DNA of 64,000 nt from Candidatus Hydrogenedentota bacterium (GCA_045863335.1 BTVY01000003.1:140020-204019); one strand, 5' to 3'; shown: positions 50,372-61,236, counted from the stretch's first letter. Made by a program: numbers and translations. Notes: a model not told the origin generated them from the letters alone.

Positions 50372-50932
50372 TTACCCCTTGTAGGTGAAGTTATACTCGG
50401 CGTCGCGAAGCGAAGGTGCAACCGCATCCTTATCCGAAACCACGGTTGGCTCGAAGGGCCACTCGATCCCGATCTCCGGGTCCGCGTAGTGGAGCGCGCG
50501 CTCGGCTTCCGGTTTCCACGTTGACGTGCACTTGTACAAGACCAAGGTGTCCGGCTCCAGCGCGAGAAATCCGTGGGCAAACCCCACCGGCACCCACAAG
50601 GCCTCTCCGTGTTCGGCGCGCAGAGTGCGGCCAACCCATTTCCCAAAGGTCGGAGAACCCTTGCGAAGGTCTACGGCCGCATCAAAGATGGAACCCGAAA
50701 CGGGCCGCACAAACTTGCCCATCCCGTAGGGATCAATCTGATAATGCATGCCGCGGATGGTCCCCTTCGCGGAGAAGCTGAGGTTGTCCTGTACGAAGGT
50801 CTCGTTAAACCCCGCCGCCTCGTAGTTCGGCTTCGAATGGACCTCCGTGAAGTATCCCCGGCTGTCGCGAAACAAGGGGGACACGACGAACTGAACGGCC
50901 TCGATCTCGGTCGGGGTAATCGTTACAGGCAT
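50372..50932 (-). CDS. rfbC: dTDP-4-dehydrorhamnose 3,5-epimerase
   Basis: DSRGYF, QDN.S.S, RGMHYQ, DLRKGSPTFG, GFAHGF. Confidence 0.93.
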   Translation of the reverse strand: MPVTITPTEIEAVQFVVSPLFRDSRGYFTEVHSKPNYEAAGFNETFVQDNLSFSAKGTIRGMHYQIDPYGMGKFVRPVSGSIFDAAVDLRKGSPTFGKWVGRTLRAEHGEALWVPVGFAHGFLALEPDTLVLYKCTSTWKPEAERALHYADPEIGIEWPFEPTVVSDKDAVAPSLRDAEYNFTYKG

Positions 50933-50948
50933 GAACCACTCGTCTCCA

Positions 50949-51959
50949 TCAAGGAACTGGGGCGGCGCCGGCGTTTTGCTCGTATTGCGCGAGCCGCAGG
51001 TCCGCGTCGGTCATCAATCGCGCCAGTTCTTCAAAAGTCACCTTGGGTTCCCACCCCAATTCCTTGTGCGCCTTGCTCGCGTCGCCGACCAGGACATCAA
51101 CTTCGGTGGGCCGGAAATAGCGCGGATCGATCTCGACGTACTTCTTGTAGTCCATATCGAGGTGGGAAAAGACCACATCCAGGAACTCGCGCACCGTGTG
51201 GGTCTCGCCCGTCGCGATGACGAAATCGTCGGGCTTGTCATGCTGCAGCATGAGCCACATGGCCTCGACATAATCTTTCGCATACCCCCAGTCGCGCTTC
51301 GCATCCAGGTTGCCCAGGTAGATCTTGTCCTGAAGTCCCAACTTGATGCGAGCCGCCGCACGGGTAATCTTCCGCGTGACGAACGTTCCTCCGCGCCGGG
51401 GCGATTCGTGATTGAAGAGGATGCCGTTGCAGGCGAACATGTCGTAGGCTTCGCGGTAGTTCACGGTCACCCAGTAGGAGAATACCTTCGCCGCGCCGTA
51501 GGGGCTGCGGGGATAGAACGGCGTCTCCTCACTTTGCGGCACTTCGCGGGCCTTGCCGTACATCTCGCTGCTGGACGCCTGGTAAAACCGGGCCTTGGGT
51601 GCAACCTTTCGGATTGCTTCCAGCAATCGAATGGTGCCCACACCAGTAACGTCCGACGTGAATACGGGCGCGTCGAAGCTCACACGCACGTGGCTTTGCG
51701 CGCCCAGATGGTAAACTTCGTCCGGCTGAATCCCGCCGACGACGGAAACCAGTCCTGCATCATCCGCAAGATCGCCGAAATGGAGAAAGAGGCGGGTGCC
51801 GGATTGGTGCGGATCCTGATAAATATGATCGATGCGCGCCGTGTTAAACGAACTCGAACGGCGGATCAGGCCGTGGACTTCGTAGCCCTTCTCCAACAGC
51901 AACTCGGCGAGATACGATCCATCCTGTCCGGTGATTCCGGTGATCAGTGCTTTCTTCAC
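50949..51959 (-). CDS. gmd: GDP-mannose 4,6-dehydratase
   Basis: [40 protein letters not shown]; GTG start at 51959. Confidence 0.97.
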   Translation of the reverse strand: MKKALITGITGQDGSYLAELLLEKGYEVHGLIRRSSSFNTARIDHIYQDPHQSGTRLFLHFGDLADDAGLVSVVGGIQPDEVYHLGAQSHVRVSFDAPVFTSDVTGVGTIRLLEAIRKVAPKARFYQASSSEMYGKAREVPQSEETPFYPRSPYGAAKVFSYWVTVNYREAYDMFACNGILFNHESPRRGGTFVTRKITRAAARIKLGLQDKIYLGNLDAKRDWGYAKDYVEAMWLMLQHDKPDDFVIATGETHTVREFLDVVFSHLDMDYKKYVEIDPRYFRPTEVDVLVGDASKAHKELGWEPKVTFEELARLMTDADLRLAQYEQNAGAAPVP

Positions 51960-52125
51960 GTGATGCCTTCCACTGGCCGGCGGGAAATACCTCGGCCGTT
52001 GAGCCCTAGTTGCAGCAGTGGGCAATTATGGCAGATTAAGGAAGCGGCATCAATGGTTTGCGACTGGCATGGAAACGGTCGATCTCGGCACAATGGCGGG
52101 AAGACCGGGTAGGAGGGCAGGGTAG

Positions 52126-53451
52126 ATGAAGGCGGTTATCATCGCGGGCGGGAAGGGAACCCGCATTCGCTCCGTTACGGGCGATGCCCTGCCCAAGGCG
52201 CTACTTCCTGTCGCCGGGCTGCCGATCATCTTCCGGCAGTTTCACCTGCTCAAGCGCTACGGGTTCTCCGAAGTAGTGGTTACCGCGGGATACCTCGCCC
52301 CGGTGTTAAGCGACGCCTGCGCCCGCGAATCAAAACGCCTCGGACTCCGCGTTCAGGTCGTCGTGGAGAACCAGCCCATGGGTACGGGGGGAGGTTTACC
52401 CCTGGCCCGCCGGTATCTCGGCGACGATTCATTCCTCGTACTCTGTGGTGACATCGCTATCGACATGGAGCTGGAACGCCTGGCGAAGTGCCATCGCGAT
52501 ACGAGGGCCGATGCGACGGTCGTGGTTCACCCGAACGATCATCCTCAAACGTCCGACCTTGTCGTGGTGGATGACTCGGGTCGTATCCGCGAATTCCTCC
52601 CGAGAGGAACTCGAACCGGACTGGATCATCGAAACCTCGTGATCGGTTCCGTCTACGTGCTGTCGCCGCGCGTTTTTGATTTCATTCACCCGGACGCGAA
52701 ACAGGACCTGAACAACGAGATCCTGCCGCGCATGGCCGCAGGCGGTGCGAACGTGATCGCGTACAACACGCCCGAGTATCTCCGCGACGTGGGAACGCCC
52801 GAACGTCTGGCCCTCGTCGAGGGCGACATCGCGACGGACCGCATGGAGCGATTGAACTGGTGCAACAAGCGGCCTGCCGTGTTCTTTGATCGGGATGGCG
52901 TCCTGATCGAAGACGCAGGTGAGCGCGGTGTGACTTCGCCCGATGAGGTCGTCCTGCTGCCGGGCGCAGCCGAAGCGGTGCGGGCCGTGAACGAGGCAGG
53001 GTGGTTGGCCGTGGTGATCAGCAATCAGCCGGGCGTTGCGAAGGGGTTTCTTTCCTCTGAACAACTGGATCGCATTACCGGCCGTCTGGAAATGGAGTTG
53101 GGCAAAGAAGGCGCTTGGCTGGACCGGGTCTACTATTGTCCGCACCACCCGGAGACAGGTTTCGACGGCGAACGCCCCGAACTCAAGATGCCCTGCGACT
53201 GCCGCAAACCCGCGCCGGGACTCCTACTGCGCGCCACCGAGGAGCTGCCGCTGGATTTGCACGCGTCCGTCTTCATCGGCGACACGGCGCGCGACGTCGG
53301 CGTGGCCCGGGCGGTGGGGATACCAGCGTTCGGCGTTCGTACAGGTCACGGTTGTCAGGACTGCAACGGCGACTTGCAGGCGGACTGCATGCATGACACG
53401 GTGCTCGAGGCGGTTCAACACGTTCTCGGGCAGCGCGGGTCGAGTTGCTGA
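52126..53451 (+). CDS. Fused NDP-sugar nucleotidyltransferase (HddC-like) and HAD-IIIA phosphatase (GmhB-like)
   Basis: IAGGKGTR..PK; FFDRDGVL, SNQPG, CPHHP..C.CRKP, IGD. Confidence 0.9.
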   Translation: MKAVIIAGGKGTRIRSVTGDALPKALLPVAGLPIIFRQFHLLKRYGFSEVVVTAGYLAPVLSDACARESKRLGLRVQVVVENQPMGTGGGLPLARRYLGDDSFLVLCGDIAIDMELERLAKCHRDTRADATVVVHPNDHPQTSDLVVVDDSGRIREFLPRGTRTGLDHRNLVIGSVYVLSPRVFDFIHPDAKQDLNNEILPRMAAGGANVIAYNTPEYLRDVGTPERLALVEGDIATDRMERLNWCNKRPAVFFDRDGVLIEDAGERGVTSPDEVVLLPGAAEAVRAVNEAGWLAVVISNQPGVAKGFLSSEQLDRITGRLEMELGKEGAWLDRVYYCPHHPETGFDGERPELKMPCDCRKPAPGLLLRATEELPLDLHASVFIGDTARDVGVARAVGIPAFGVRTGHGCQDCNGDLQADCMHDTVLEAVQHVLGQRGSSC

Positions 53452-53542
53452 TACTGCCTGGATTCCTGCTATACTTGCGCCGAATGCCCGCCGACCGTAT
53501 CCGGCCCGCTTCATTCACCGAAACCGAAGGAATTGCACCGCC

Positions 53543-54112
53543 ATGTCGTACGCGCCCGAGATTCAGAGCTATTTGACCGGTCTTGTCGACGTTCTCCAGA
53601 AACTGGACGTCGCCCAACTCGATACCTTCCTGCAATTGCTCGACTCGGCCCGGGAAGAGAAGCGGCAGATCTTTATTTTCGGCAACGGCGGTTCCGGCGC
53701 GAATGCCTCCCACATCACGGGTGATCTCGTTAAAGGCGCGAGCTACGGGAAGGAGAAGCGCTTCAAGGTACTCTGCCTTAACGACAACGACGCGGGAGTA
53801 CTGGCCTACGCCAACGACGTGAGCTACGATGAGGTATTCGTCGAACAGTTGAAGAATTTCCTGAACCCCGGAGACGTGGTCGTCGGCATTTCGGGAAGTG
53901 GCAATTCGATCAATATTCTCAAGGCCATCGACTACGCAAACGCGCAAGGCGCGATTACGGTCGGATTCTGCGGCTACCCTGGCGGCAAGCTCGAAACGCA
54001 GGCCAAGCACGTTGTCCACGCCAACATCCACGACATGCAGTTCGCCGAGGACGTTCATCTCATCGTAGGCCACATCGCCATGAAGATCCTCAGCGGCGGC
54101 GTCTGTCACTGA
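53543..54112 (+). CDS. gmhA: Phosphoheptose isomerase (SIS domain)
   Basis: GNGGSGANASH, AND, ISGSGNS.N, ED.H. Confidence 0.88.
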   Translation: MSYAPEIQSYLTGLVDVLQKLDVAQLDTFLQLLDSAREEKRQIFIFGNGGSGANASHITGDLVKGASYGKEKRFKVLCLNDNDAGVLAYANDVSYDEVFVEQLKNFLNPGDVVVGISGSGNSINILKAIDYANAQGAITVGFCGYPGGKLETQAKHVVHANIHDMQFAEDVHLIVGHIAMKILSGGVCH

Positions 54113-54229
54113 GCACGCCGCGCGCAATTTGCATGGTCAAACGCCGTGTCGTAAACTCCTGCCGTGAATGGCAGCGCCCGCTCTGAAGGCGCTCCTTTAT
54201 CCGATCGAACAGCGGATGGGCACGTCCTG

Positions 54230-55375
54230 ATGGCAACGACAACAACGATACCCTTTAATCGCCCCAGTATGATGGGTGAAGAATTGGCCTTCATCACGGA
54301 AGCCGTCAATTCAGGAAAGATCTCGGGCGACGACCCCTTCACCGGCCGCTGTCAGGAACTGCTGGAGCAGGAATTGGGAGTCGGCAAAGTGCTGCTGACG
54401 CCATCCTGCACGCACGCATTGGAAATGGCCGCCATCCTGCTAAACATCAATCCCGGCGATGAAGTCATTCTGCCCACCTATACCTTCGTGTCGACGGCAA
54501 ATGCCTTCGTGCTTCGCGGCGCGAAACCCGTGTTCATCGACAGCCGCCCTGATACGCTTAACCTGGATGAGACGAAGCTGGAGTCCAGAATCACATCGAA
54601 GACGAAGGCCATCGTCCCGGTTCATTACGCGGGTGTCGGATGCGAAATGGATGCAATCCTCGCGATCGCGGCGAAACATGGCGTGCCCGTAGTCGAGGAC
54701 AACGCCCACGGCCTTTTCGGCAAGTACCGCGGGAAGTATCTCGGTACGCTCGGCGCTTTTGGCACGCAGAGCTTCCACGAGACCAAGAACTTCACCTGCG
54801 GCGAGGGTGGCGCCCTGCTGATCAACGATGCGGCAATGTGCGATCGCGCTGAGATCATTCGCGAAAAAGGCACAAATCGGAGCATGTTTTACCGCGGGCA
54901 GATTGACAAGTATTCCTGGGTCGACCTGGGATCGAGCTATTTGCCTTCCGGAATCGCATCGGCCTTCCTGTACGGACAGCTCATCTGCTGGAAGGACATC
55001 CAGGCCAGCCGAAGGAGAGTATGGGAAACCTATCGCGCGCGTCTGGCAGACTGGGCCGGAGAACATGGCGTAGGGATGCCAACGATTCCGGATGAGTGCG
55101 AGCAGGCGTATCACATGTTCTACATGATCATGCCTTCCCTCGACGCGCGCCAGGCGCTCATCGCGCATCTTCGGCAGGAAGGCGTTCAGGCCGTATTCCA
55201 TTATGTTCCGCTCCACCGATCGAAAATGGGCCGGCAGTTCGGGGGCAAAGAGGGGGATTGCCCCGTCGCGGAGGATCTTTGCGACCGGCTGATTCGGTTG
55301 CCCTTCTACAATACCTTGACCAAATCAGACCAATTGCAGGTCATCGACGCCATCAAGAGTTTTCGATGGACGTGA
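54230..55375 (+). CDS. rffA: dTDP-4-amino-4,6-dideoxygalactose transaminase
   Basis: IPFNRP, TPSCTHALEM, SFHETKN..CGEGG, EKGTNR, AVFHYVPLH. Confidence 0.9.
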   Translation: MATTTTIPFNRPSMMGEELAFITEAVNSGKISGDDPFTGRCQELLEQELGVGKVLLTPSCTHALEMAAILLNINPGDEVILPTYTFVSTANAFVLRGAKPVFIDSRPDTLNLDETKLESRITSKTKAIVPVHYAGVGCEMDAILAIAAKHGVPVVEDNAHGLFGKYRGKYLGTLGAFGTQSFHETKNFTCGEGGALLINDAAMCDRAEIIREKGTNRSMFYRGQIDKYSWVDLGSSYLPSGIASAFLYGQLICWKDIQASRRRVWETYRARLADWAGEHGVGMPTIPDECEQAYHMFYMIMPSLDARQALIAHLRQEGVQAVFHYVPLHRSKMGRQFGGKEGDCPVAEDLCDRLIRLPFYNTLTKSDQLQVIDAIKSFRWT

Positions 55376-55409
55376 CGATCCACGCGTGCCGGGATGGAGC
55401 GGACAGTCT

Positions 55410-56444
55410 ATGACGGGTAGCACTGAGATCCTGCGCAGTAAAGCGCCGCTCCGAATCAGCTTTGGCGGCGGCGCTACGGACGTGGAGCCCTACCGATCCC
55501 TCTACGGCGGATGCACACTCAGCACCACCATCGATAAGTACGCCTACGTGAGTTGCCGTCCGCGCAGGGATAAGGTTATCGAGGTCCAGTCCCTGGATTA
55601 CAACATCGTCGCCAAATACGACACGGCGCAGCCCTTCGTGATGGACGGCGAACTCGATCTCGCGAAGGCCGTGATCGCGGAACTGAAGCAGAAGCGCGCC
55701 TCCCGCGGGTTCGACCTCTTCATGCACAGCGATGCGCCACCAGGGAGCGGGCTTGGATCATCGTCGACGATGGTGGTCGCGTTGGTCAGTCTGTTCAAGG
55801 AGTACTATCGCCGTCCGCTCACGTCGTATGAAGTCGCGGCGTTGGCGTACCACATCGAACGCGACGTGCTCGCGTTGAAGGGCGGCATGCAGGATCAGTA
55901 CAGCGCGACGTTCGGCGGGTTCAACTTCATTGAATACGCCGGCGACAAGGTCATCGTCAATCCGTTGCGCCTCGATGCCGCGACGCTCCACGAACTGCAT
56001 TACTCCCTGATCCTCTGTTACACGGGGCGGACCCGCCAGTCCGCGGGCATCATCGACCATCAGATGCAGAACGTCGAAGAAGGCGACCGTAAGGCGGTAC
56101 ACGCGACCCATGCCCTGAAGGACCTCTGCGTCGAGATGAAGAATGCGCTGCTCCAAGGCGAGCTTCTATCGTTCGGAAAGCTACTCCACGAATCGTGGCT
56201 CCAAAAAAAGAAGATTGCGAACCGGATCAGCAACGCGCGCATCGACAGCCTCTACTCGGAATCGCGCAAACTCGGTGCCGTTGGCGGAAAAATTGTCGGC
56301 GCTGGCGGCGGCGGGTATCTGCTGCTGTTCGCGCCTTTCGATCGCCGCCACGTCATCAAGAAACGGCTCGTCGAACTAAAAGCCCAACCTGTCGACTTTA
56401 ATTTCGACTTCGACGGTGTTCTTACCTGGCGCGCACGAGTGTAA
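55410..56444 (+). CDS. hddA: D-glycero-alpha-D-manno-heptose 7-phosphate kinase (GHMP family)
   Basis: APLRISFGGG.TD, PPGSGLGSSS, GG.QDQY, GAGGGG. Confidence 0.88.
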   Translation: MTGSTEILRSKAPLRISFGGGATDVEPYRSLYGGCTLSTTIDKYAYVSCRPRRDKVIEVQSLDYNIVAKYDTAQPFVMDGELDLAKAVIAELKQKRASRGFDLFMHSDAPPGSGLGSSSTMVVALVSLFKEYYRRPLTSYEVAALAYHIERDVLALKGGMQDQYSATFGGFNFIEYAGDKVIVNPLRLDAATLHELHYSLILCYTGRTRQSAGIIDHQMQNVEEGDRKAVHATHALKDLCVEMKNALLQGELLSFGKLLHESWLQKKKIANRISNARIDSLYSESRKLGAVGGKIVGAGGGGYLLLFAPFDRRHVIKKRLVELKAQPVDFNFDFDGVLTWRARV

Positions 56445-56480
56445 ATGGTCCAGTAATTTCCGCCGTGATACTTCAAGCAT

Positions 56481-56652
56481 AAGAACATCCCCCTTAATCC
56501 CCCTTCGAAGGGGGAAGCGTGCGATTCGATACTTTGGATGCGAACTCGATCAAAAGTGCTCAAGCGCGCCCCCTGCGCTTTTCTTCGCACTGGCGCAACG
56601 CAAAGCGTTGCGAAGAATTCCCCCTTTGAAGGGGGGCAAAGGGGGTGTTCTT
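56481..56652. repeat. MITE-like element, copy 2
   Basis: AAGAACATCCCCCTTAATCCCCCTTCGAAGGGGGAA...GCAACGCAAAGCGTTGCG...CCCCCTTTGAAGGGGGG...GGGGGTGTTCTT. Confidence 0.8.
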
Positions 56653-56663
56653 TGGTGCGGCGG

Positions 56664-57650
56664 TTACATGTGCAGTTCCACGATGTCGCCATCGTGAAGG
56701 ACATGATCCCGGCCGACTGGCTGTCCGTCATGTACGCCTTTGCCCCATACCCGCGCGGTTTTCAGGTGTTCGAGAAAATCTTTGTGCACGCAGGCCGCAA
56801 ATTCCTCGACAGAGTCGCCCTGGCGCAGCACGAACGGCGTCGACCGGTCCACATCGTGGTGCGGCTGTTTGGAATAGACCCGGATCAATCCGAGTCGCTC
56901 GAACACTGCTTCCTTGAACCGCTCCAGATTCCGGCCGGTTTCGAGGGAGATCGCCAGCAGGGGCAGACGATCTTCTTCCAATTCGCATAACACGGCGAAC
57001 TCTTCGTCCCAGAGTTCATCGTCCGTCTTGTTGACCAATACGAGGCACGGCACGTGAAAGTCGCCTCTTTGTTCCATTCGGCCATCCGCTTCCTGCGTAG
57101 CAACGATGCGGTGCTCCTTGAGGATGTCGATTGCATCGTCAAGTTGCAGCATGGATCGCGATTGGATGTCGACCATGATGAGAAGCAGATCGGCCGTACG
57201 AATCAGATTGAACAATTCAGGTTCCACGTGTTCCCGGCTCAACGGAGGCGTGTCGACCAACTGCAACTGAATATCGCGGACCGGCATCATCCCGGGTGTC
57301 GGCGCCCAGGTGGTAAATGGCGCCTCGGACACTGCGGGTGTCGCGTGGGTGACTTTGGCCAGTAGGGCAGATTTACCCACGTTGGGCGCGCCTACGATGA
57401 CAACGCGCGCGGGGCCTTCCTTTTCGATGTGGAAGGCCGACTCCTGCCGGTTGGTTTTTTTGCTGCTCTCGGCGGCGTTCTTGAGCTTGGAGAGTTTTTG
57501 CCGGATACTCGCCCGGAGTTTATCGGTGCCTTTGTGTTTGGGTACGGTGGCGAGCAATTCCTCCGTCAGGGCAACCTTTTCCTCTGGCGTGGCCGCCGCT
57601 TTCAGGCGGGCTTCCACTTCGTAATACTCTGGCGGAAGGTTAGTCGGCAT
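56664..57650 (-). CDS. DRG-like OBG-family GTPase with TGS domain
   Basis: MPTNLPPEY, PKHKGT.KL, GAPNVGKS, PFTT, DTP, NKTD, C-terminal VH..F..ARVWG..DHVL.DGDIVE. Confidence 0.9.
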   Translation of the reverse strand: MPTNLPPEYYEVEARLKAAATPEEKVALTEELLATVPKHKGTDKLRASIRQKLSKLKNAAESSKKTNRQESAFHIEKEGPARVVIVGAPNVGKSALLAKVTHATPAVSEAPFTTWAPTPGMMPVRDIQLQLVDTPPLSREHVEPELFNLIRTADLLLIMVDIQSRSMLQLDDAIDILKEHRIVATQEADGRMEQRGDFHVPCLVLVNKTDDELWDEEFAVLCELEEDRLPLLAISLETGRNLERFKEAVFERLGLIRVYSKQPHHDVDRSTPFVLRQGDSVEEFAACVHKDFLEHLKTARVWGKGVHDGQPVGRDHVLHDGDIVELHM

Positions 57651-57800
57651 CGCTACAACCGCGTTCGCAGTTCCCCGCGTCACAACCTGAATCCAGCATA
57701 CGACGACCGGTGAAACCTGTCAACCGGCGGGTTGCATTTCGTCGAACCGATCTCCTACGCTCGCACCTCATCGGTTTGGGGTTGGTTGTGAGGGAATTCC

Positions 57801-59936
57801 ATGCTTAGACGATGTCACGATATTGTGCTTATCACGATGCTTTCCACATTTGCCGCGCACGCGGGCTGGTGGGGGAAACCCGAACACAAGGAATGGCGTT
57901 GGTACCTCGGCGATCAACAGAGCACCCAATACTCCAAACTCGACCAGATTAACACCGGAAACGTCGCGGAACTCGAGCAAGTCTGGACTTACCATAGCGG
58001 CGGCGAAGCCCAGATTCAGACCAATCCCCTCGTCGTCGATGGCCTTCTCTACGGTGTTTCCGCCGACCGTAGGGTCTTCGCTCTCGAAGCGGATACGGGA
58101 CGCGAGGTTTGGGTCTACGAACCCGAACACGCGGAAGGCAGCGGCGCGGTCGTGCGCGGGCTGCTCTATTGGGAAGACCGGGGCGACCAATGCATCTATG
58201 CGACAATCGAGCATCACCTCTACGCTCTGAACGCACGCACGGGAAAGCGCATCGCCGATTTCGGCAATGGTGGCGCCGTCGATATCAAGTTAGCGTACGA
58301 CCGCGATGTATCGAAGCTGCACATCGGATCGACGTCCCCGGGTGTGATTCATGACGACATCCTCGTCATGTCCGTGCGCCTGTCGGAAAGTCATCCCGCC
58401 GCACCGGGCGACATTATCGCCTTTAACGTGCGAACGGGCGAGCGCGAATGGATCTTCCATACCATTCCCCATCCCGGCGAGTTCGGTTATGACACCTGGC
58501 CGGAGGGCGCCTGGGAAACGGCGGGCGGCGCGAACTGTTGGGCGGGGATGAGCCTCGATGCGAAACGCGGCATCGTCTATATCCCAACCGGATCGGCGGC
58601 CTTCGATTTCTACGGCGCCGATCGCAAGGGCATGAATCTCTTTGCGAACACGCTACTCGCCCTCGACGTCGAAACCGGCGAGCGCATCTGGCACTTTCAA
58701 GCCTTCCATCACGATCTATGGGACCGCGATCTTCCTGCGCCACCAAACCTCGTGACGGTACGGCATAACGGGCGCAAACGCGATGCCGTTGCGCAGATCA
58801 CGAAGTCGGCGCACGTTTTTCTCTTCGACCGGGAAACGGGCGAACCCTTGTTCCCGATTGAGGAGGTCCCCGTACCGGCCAGCGACGTGCCCGGCGAGGA
58901 AGCGTGGCCGACGCAGCCGGTTCCTCTGAAACCGCCGCCCTTCCAGGCGCAGGTCTTCACGGAGGACATGGTCACCACGCGCACACCGGAGGCCCACACC
59001 TACGCGCTCGACCGCCTCCGCCGCGCGCGTACCGGCGAGCCCTTCATTCCGCCGAGCCTGCAAGGGTCGGTCGTCTTTCCCGGTTTCGACGGCGGGGGAG
59101 AGTGGGGAGGCGCGGCCGTCGATCCGGAGTCGGGCATTCTCTACGTGAACGCCAGCGTGATGCCCTGGATCACGACTTTGTATGAAGTGACCGATAGCGT
59201 CGCTGCCGGTCCCAATGGTGCTGCCGCGCGGGTCTATGCGCAGAACTGCATCTATTGCCACGGCCCGGATCTTAAAGGTGATCCCTTGAACGAGTTTCCA
59301 CCCCTGCGCGATCTCAAGACCAAATACACCACCGACGAAATGGCGACCATCGTCCGGCAGGGCCGCGAACGCATGCCGTCCTTCGGGCACCTCACCGACG
59401 ACGAGGTGAAGGCGGTGACCCAATTCCTTTTCGATCTCGATGCGCGTCAGTTGGACGCCGGCCAGCCCATCGTGCAATCCGACCCCGCCGCACCCGAAGG
59501 CGAACGCTGGTTCACTCACACGGGCTACCACCGCTTTGTCGATCCGGACGGCTATCCCGCCATCCAACCGCCCTGGGGTACGCTGACGGCCATCGACCTG
59601 AACGAAGGCGAGATCCTTTGGCAGGTCCCATTGGGCACCTTCCCCGAACTCGCCGAACAGGGACTCGCCAACACTGGAACCGAGAACTACGGCGGTCCCA
59701 TCGTCACGGCCGGGGGCGTCGTCATCATCGCCGCGACGAAGGACAACTGCATCCGCGCCTTCAACAAAGATACCGGCGAAGAACTCTGGAGAGCCCCGTT
59801 GCCTCGCGCCGGATACGCTACTCCCTGCACCTACGAAATCGACGGCCGCCAATACATCGCCATCGCCGCCGCCGGCGGGAAGATCGGCAGCGAAGCCGGC
59901 GACGCCTACGTCGCTTTCGCGTTGCCGGAACGGTGA
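57801..59936 (+). CDS. PQQ-dependent (glucose-type) dehydrogenase with an inserted cytochrome c domain
   Basis: YSKLDQIN..NV, GGANCW, HHDLWDRD, GGGEWGG, CIYCH, PPWG.L.AIDL, ATP.TY. Confidence 0.92.
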   Translation: MLRRCHDIVLITMLSTFAAHAGWWGKPEHKEWRWYLGDQQSTQYSKLDQINTGNVAELEQVWTYHSGGEAQIQTNPLVVDGLLYGVSADRRVFALEADTGREVWVYEPEHAEGSGAVVRGLLYWEDRGDQCIYATIEHHLYALNARTGKRIADFGNGGAVDIKLAYDRDVSKLHIGSTSPGVIHDDILVMSVRLSESHPAAPGDIIAFNVRTGEREWIFHTIPHPGEFGYDTWPEGAWETAGGANCWAGMSLDAKRGIVYIPTGSAAFDFYGADRKGMNLFANTLLALDVETGERIWHFQAFHHDLWDRDLPAPPNLVTVRHNGRKRDAVAQITKSAHVFLFDRETGEPLFPIEEVPVPASDVPGEEAWPTQPVPLKPPPFQAQVFTEDMVTTRTPEAHTYALDRLRRARTGEPFIPPSLQGSVVFPGFDGGGEWGGAAVDPESGILYVNASVMPWITTLYEVTDSVAAGPNGAAARVYAQNCIYCHGPDLKGDPLNEFPPLRDLKTKYTTDEMATIVRQGRERMPSFGHLTDDEVKAVTQFLFDLDARQLDAGQPIVQSDPAAPEGERWFTHTGYHRFVDPDGYPAIQPPWGTLTAIDLNEGEILWQVPLGTFPELAEQGLANTGTENYGGPIVTAGGVVIIAATKDNCIRAFNKDTGEELWRAPLPRAGYATPCTYEIDGRQYIAIAAAGGKIGSEAGDAYVAFALPER

Positions 59937-59948
59937 AGAAGCATAAGC

Positions 59949-60121
59949 GTCCACCGATTTCACCGATACACACCGATTTGCGATATGACAAATCCTTCAG
60001 CACCGCATATCGTGGAGATTGTCCGCAGTTGACGTATCGATTGCATTCCAGAACGGGCGAATGTTCACGTTCTCGGATTTCCAGAATCTTCAATCGGTGA
60101 AGTTCTGTGAAATCGGTGGAC
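59949..60121. repeat. Nonamer-periodic inverted-repeat element, copy 1
   Basis: GTCCACCGATTTCACCGATACACACCGATT ... AATCGGTGAAGTTCTGTGAAATCGGTGGAC. Confidence 0.8.
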
Positions 60122-60300
60122 ACCTCTCATGCGTTCGTCTCCAGCGTTCGCTGTTGTCTCGTATTTTTCCGATTCTTCCTTCCAGTCTCCAGCCTTCTCC
60201 CAATCCCCAATCCGCACTCCGAAATCCGCAATCGTCCTTGATTGCCCCGGCGGCATCCGGCATATTCACAGGGACCGCAGGATAGGGGAGGAGACGCCGC

Positions 60301-61002
60301 ATGGAGTTGGGTTACGAAGCGATTGGCTGGTACTTCGTGTTCCTGCTCGCCATTACGATTCACGAAGCCGCGCACGCGTACGTCGCGTATCTCGGCGGCG
60401 ACTCGACAGCATACGATAACGGGCAGGTCACGCTGAACCCCATTCCCCACATTAAACACGAGCCCGTCGGAACGGTCGTCGTTCCCATCATCGCGTTGTT
60501 CGTCATGGGATGGCCGCTCGGCTTTGCCAGCGCTCCCTACGATCCCAATTGGGCAGGCAGGCATCCATACCGCGCCGGTCTCATGGCCCTCGCCGGTCCG
60601 CTGTCCAATCTGCTCCTCACGATGCTTGCCACGGTGCTCATCTGGATAGGTCTTTTCTCTGGCGTATTCGAATCACCCGAATCGATTCGCGGTCTGGACC
60701 ACGTCGTGACTGCCACAAGCGACGGCTTCTGGGCCAGCCTCGCCAACGTGCTCAGCATCGTGTTTTCGCTGAATCTCCTGCTCTTCGTATTCAACCTGTT
60801 CCCGTTTCCGCCGTTGGACGGCAGCGGCGTGATTTCGCTGCTGCTACCGGAGAAGACGGCGGTCAAGGTTCAGGAGTTCCTCCACAATCCCATGTTCTCC
60901 CTCATCGGACTCCTCATCGCCTGGAAGTCGTTCTGGTATGTCTTCGACCCCATCTTCGTGTTCGCCTTGAACATCCTGCATCCGTTCTCCGGATACGGTT
61001 AG
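60301..61002 (+). CDS. Site-2 protease (M50) family
   Basis: HEAAH, LAGPLSN, FNLFPFPPLDG. Confidence 0.93.
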   Translation: MELGYEAIGWYFVFLLAITIHEAAHAYVAYLGGDSTAYDNGQVTLNPIPHIKHEPVGTVVVPIIALFVMGWPLGFASAPYDPNWAGRHPYRAGLMALAGPLSNLLLTMLATVLIWIGLFSGVFESPESIRGLDHVVTATSDGFWASLANVLSIVFSLNLLLFVFNLFPFPPLDGSGVISLLLPEKTAVKVQEFLHNPMFSLIGLLIAWKSFWYVFDPIFVFALNILHPFSGYG

Positions 61003-61076
61003 AGAGGCCGGAGGAACACGATTGTCGATTGCGGTTTGCGGATTGATAGACGGCCAAACTTACTGTCGCGGAATTG

Positions 61077-61236
61077 TATGGAGTGCGGCCCCTTGGGGCT
61101 GCTTTGGTTCATACAGATTCGTTGGCCCTAAGAAGCTGGAGCGACTTCAAATCCTTCCGAAACTGTACATTTGCCTGCCGTTGCGCCGCAGGCAAGCCCG
61201 CTCAATAAAAGCAGCCCCAAGGGGCCGCACTCCATA
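61077..61236. repeat. GGAG-type REP doublet
   Basis: TATGGAGTGCGGCCCCTTGGGGCTGCTTT and its exact reverse complement at 61208-61236; degenerate relative at about 29154. Confidence 0.88.

Noticed and set aside
57801-59936. Cytochrome c insert in the PQQ dehydrogenase as a novelty
   Set aside because: This architecture is already familiar in several bacterial phyla.
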